Source: Octopus sinensis | Lineage: Eukaryota | Length of the DNA stretch: 64,000 bases | Direction of reading: 5' to 3' | Assembly (NCBI RefSeq): GCF_006345805.1 | Contig: NC_043004.1 | Location: 88,598,001 to 88,662,000 of the forward strand | Shown here: one piece after another, positions 62,343 through 64,000 of the stretch | Position numbering within the stretch: the stretch's first letter is position 1 | Layout: each line of letters opens with the position of its first letter | The notes under the pieces: model-generated | The model's input: the letters and a program-made list of their open reading frames with translations, nothing else | What the model was told of the DNA's origin: nothing | Database searches by the model: none | Program-made: the position numbers and the translations under genes

Positions 62343-64000
62343 TACATACATACATACAAATATATATACACGTATGTCTTTGCGTTCGTGTTTGTCGCCT
62401 CACCACGAAACAACCAGTGTTAGTTTGTTTACATCTCCGTAGCTTTGTTTCTCGGCAATAGAAAAACAAATGCAATACATGGGCTGGGGTCAGTCGATTT
62501 GTTCGACTGGCCCTACAAGGCAATGCTCAAGTATATATGCAGCCCAATAACTGAAACAAATAAAAACAATAGACATACAACATTCATAAATGTTCTCAAC
62601 GGTTTTTTAAAAATTATCAATGTGTAAATATAAGATTAATAAACTGGATAACTTAACAGCATTTCAAATACCCGCTGTAGACGCATTTCTTTTATGAACC
62701 ACTTAAAAATAGTGTTAATATTAAATGTCCATACCAACTCCAAAATACAAGCATATTTCATGAGCTAAAATTTCATTTGTCAAAATTTTATTCCTCAAAG
62801 TTCGGTAAATATACACCTTTAATAATTTAACTATATATTAATTTTTATGTTCTTTTTTTTACCATTCATAAATAAAATCGCCAATGATGATACTAAAAGT
62901 AAACACACCATTTAAAAGGCATTATGCTATGGAATTGTCTGATATAAAACCTCTTCACGGACTTGTGTCAATCGAAGCGAGATGGATCGTTGCTGCAGTG
63001 AGTCAAGGGAACGACAGATGCGTTTCTCTTTGGCTGAATCTTGCGATGCTATGCACTTAATTATCATATATCTAAACGAAATGTCTTCGATATATAGGAA
63101 ACGGTGAATAAAAGCATTTACTGGTTTGGCGAAAGCTTCCCAAGCTGTAGAAACAATTGGTATACACAACTGATGCAGCGTTACATTAAAATCACCATCT
63201 ATGCATCATACTAAACGGATACACATCGTTCAAAACATGACACTGTTAAATTATTTGAGATAAACTCTCTTCAGAGACTTGTTGGGTTAAAAACAATATG
63301 TGTGTGTGTGTGTATAAAAATTATTACAATTATTAACATAATTATAATTTGGGCTTAGCAAAATTGCTTCGCCGCATACCGAAATTTAGAAATAGCAGTT
63401 AAATACTATTCTACTACCATAAGATATCTCCCAGACAGCAATTCTCTCAACTCACACTGGAGCTGATTTGTTCGACTAAAACACTTCCGGGCCGTGCCCC
63501 ATCATGGCCGCATGAAATTAATAAAAGAAAAGAAAGAAAGAGTGTGATTAGAGAAATACATGGGTCCTATTTCTTGCAAGACGAAATTCCACATAAAAGC
63601 TCACTCCTTGATTCATCTTTTTCAAGTATATTCCTTTATGTGTTAACCCCAAATCACCTCTGAAGGAAGTGATCCATAGTAAATACCATTCTATCCATAA
63701 CCAGTCCATCTTAATATTTCAGACTTCATTATACAATGAGTTGTGTTTGAAGACGGTAAAGTGTGATGTGAAGATATAGCTGTTATTTCTATCATTATTT
63801 CATGTAAGACCTCTACCGCTTTGCTTCGTTCATGCTGAATTTGTATTCTTTTACAGGTGCAATTTAAAAATTGGTGTGTCAAATTCTTCTTGGTACAATT
63901 TAATTATAAATTTAGTTAAGATTTAGTTTAAAATATCTGAAACCTATCTAAATGTTGCTCATTCATAAGCTTTAGTATTAATATTCCGATAGGGTAAGGC

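Noticed and set aside
62927-63169. pogo/Tigger transposase remnant (CIPIVSTAWEAF)
   Set aside because: A single weak motif; no TIRs or further conserved blocks.
63841-63866. Acceptor TTTTACAG as the start of receptor exon 3
   Set aside because: The required phase gives G-A-I-stop; no VKTDI/SFGPV-like sequence was found downstream of exon 2.

Overview
AT-rich, microsatellite- and SINE-saturated eukaryotic DNA. The repeat families look like those of an Octopus-type cephalopod genome (recognition only, not a database result). The only host gene I can support is the 5' end of a + strand Cys-loop anion-channel gene of GABA-A alpha type: probable exon 1 at 53217-53344 and clear exon 2 at 55310-55428 (VLDKMLEGYDKRLRPGFGG), joined in phase 2; exon 3 was not found in the window. 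The rest is mobile-element debris: four tRNA-head SINE families, RLE-type and CR1-like LINE ends, gag-like ORF1 fragments, mariner and Tc1 relics, a non-autonomous Helitron, and a foldback MITE family with GGATC termini, 8-bp TSDs and internal TTAGGG repeats. Nearly all ORFs in the supplied track are microsatellite artefacts. The most interesting signal is missed by the ORF track: about 15 hammerhead-ribozyme-like motifs from several families, about 8 with an intact core. Their helix III segments are different palindromes (ACAUAUGU, ACACGUGU, ACAAUUGU, ACGU) and their stems covary. One lies downstream of an ATG-less Penelope-type GIY-YIG ORF (30893-31249, -), and several sit in or against recent inverted duplications (33.1-36.3 kb, 41.2 kb), including a head-to-head pair of intact ribozymes. 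All structure calls were folded by eye and all activity claims are untested.
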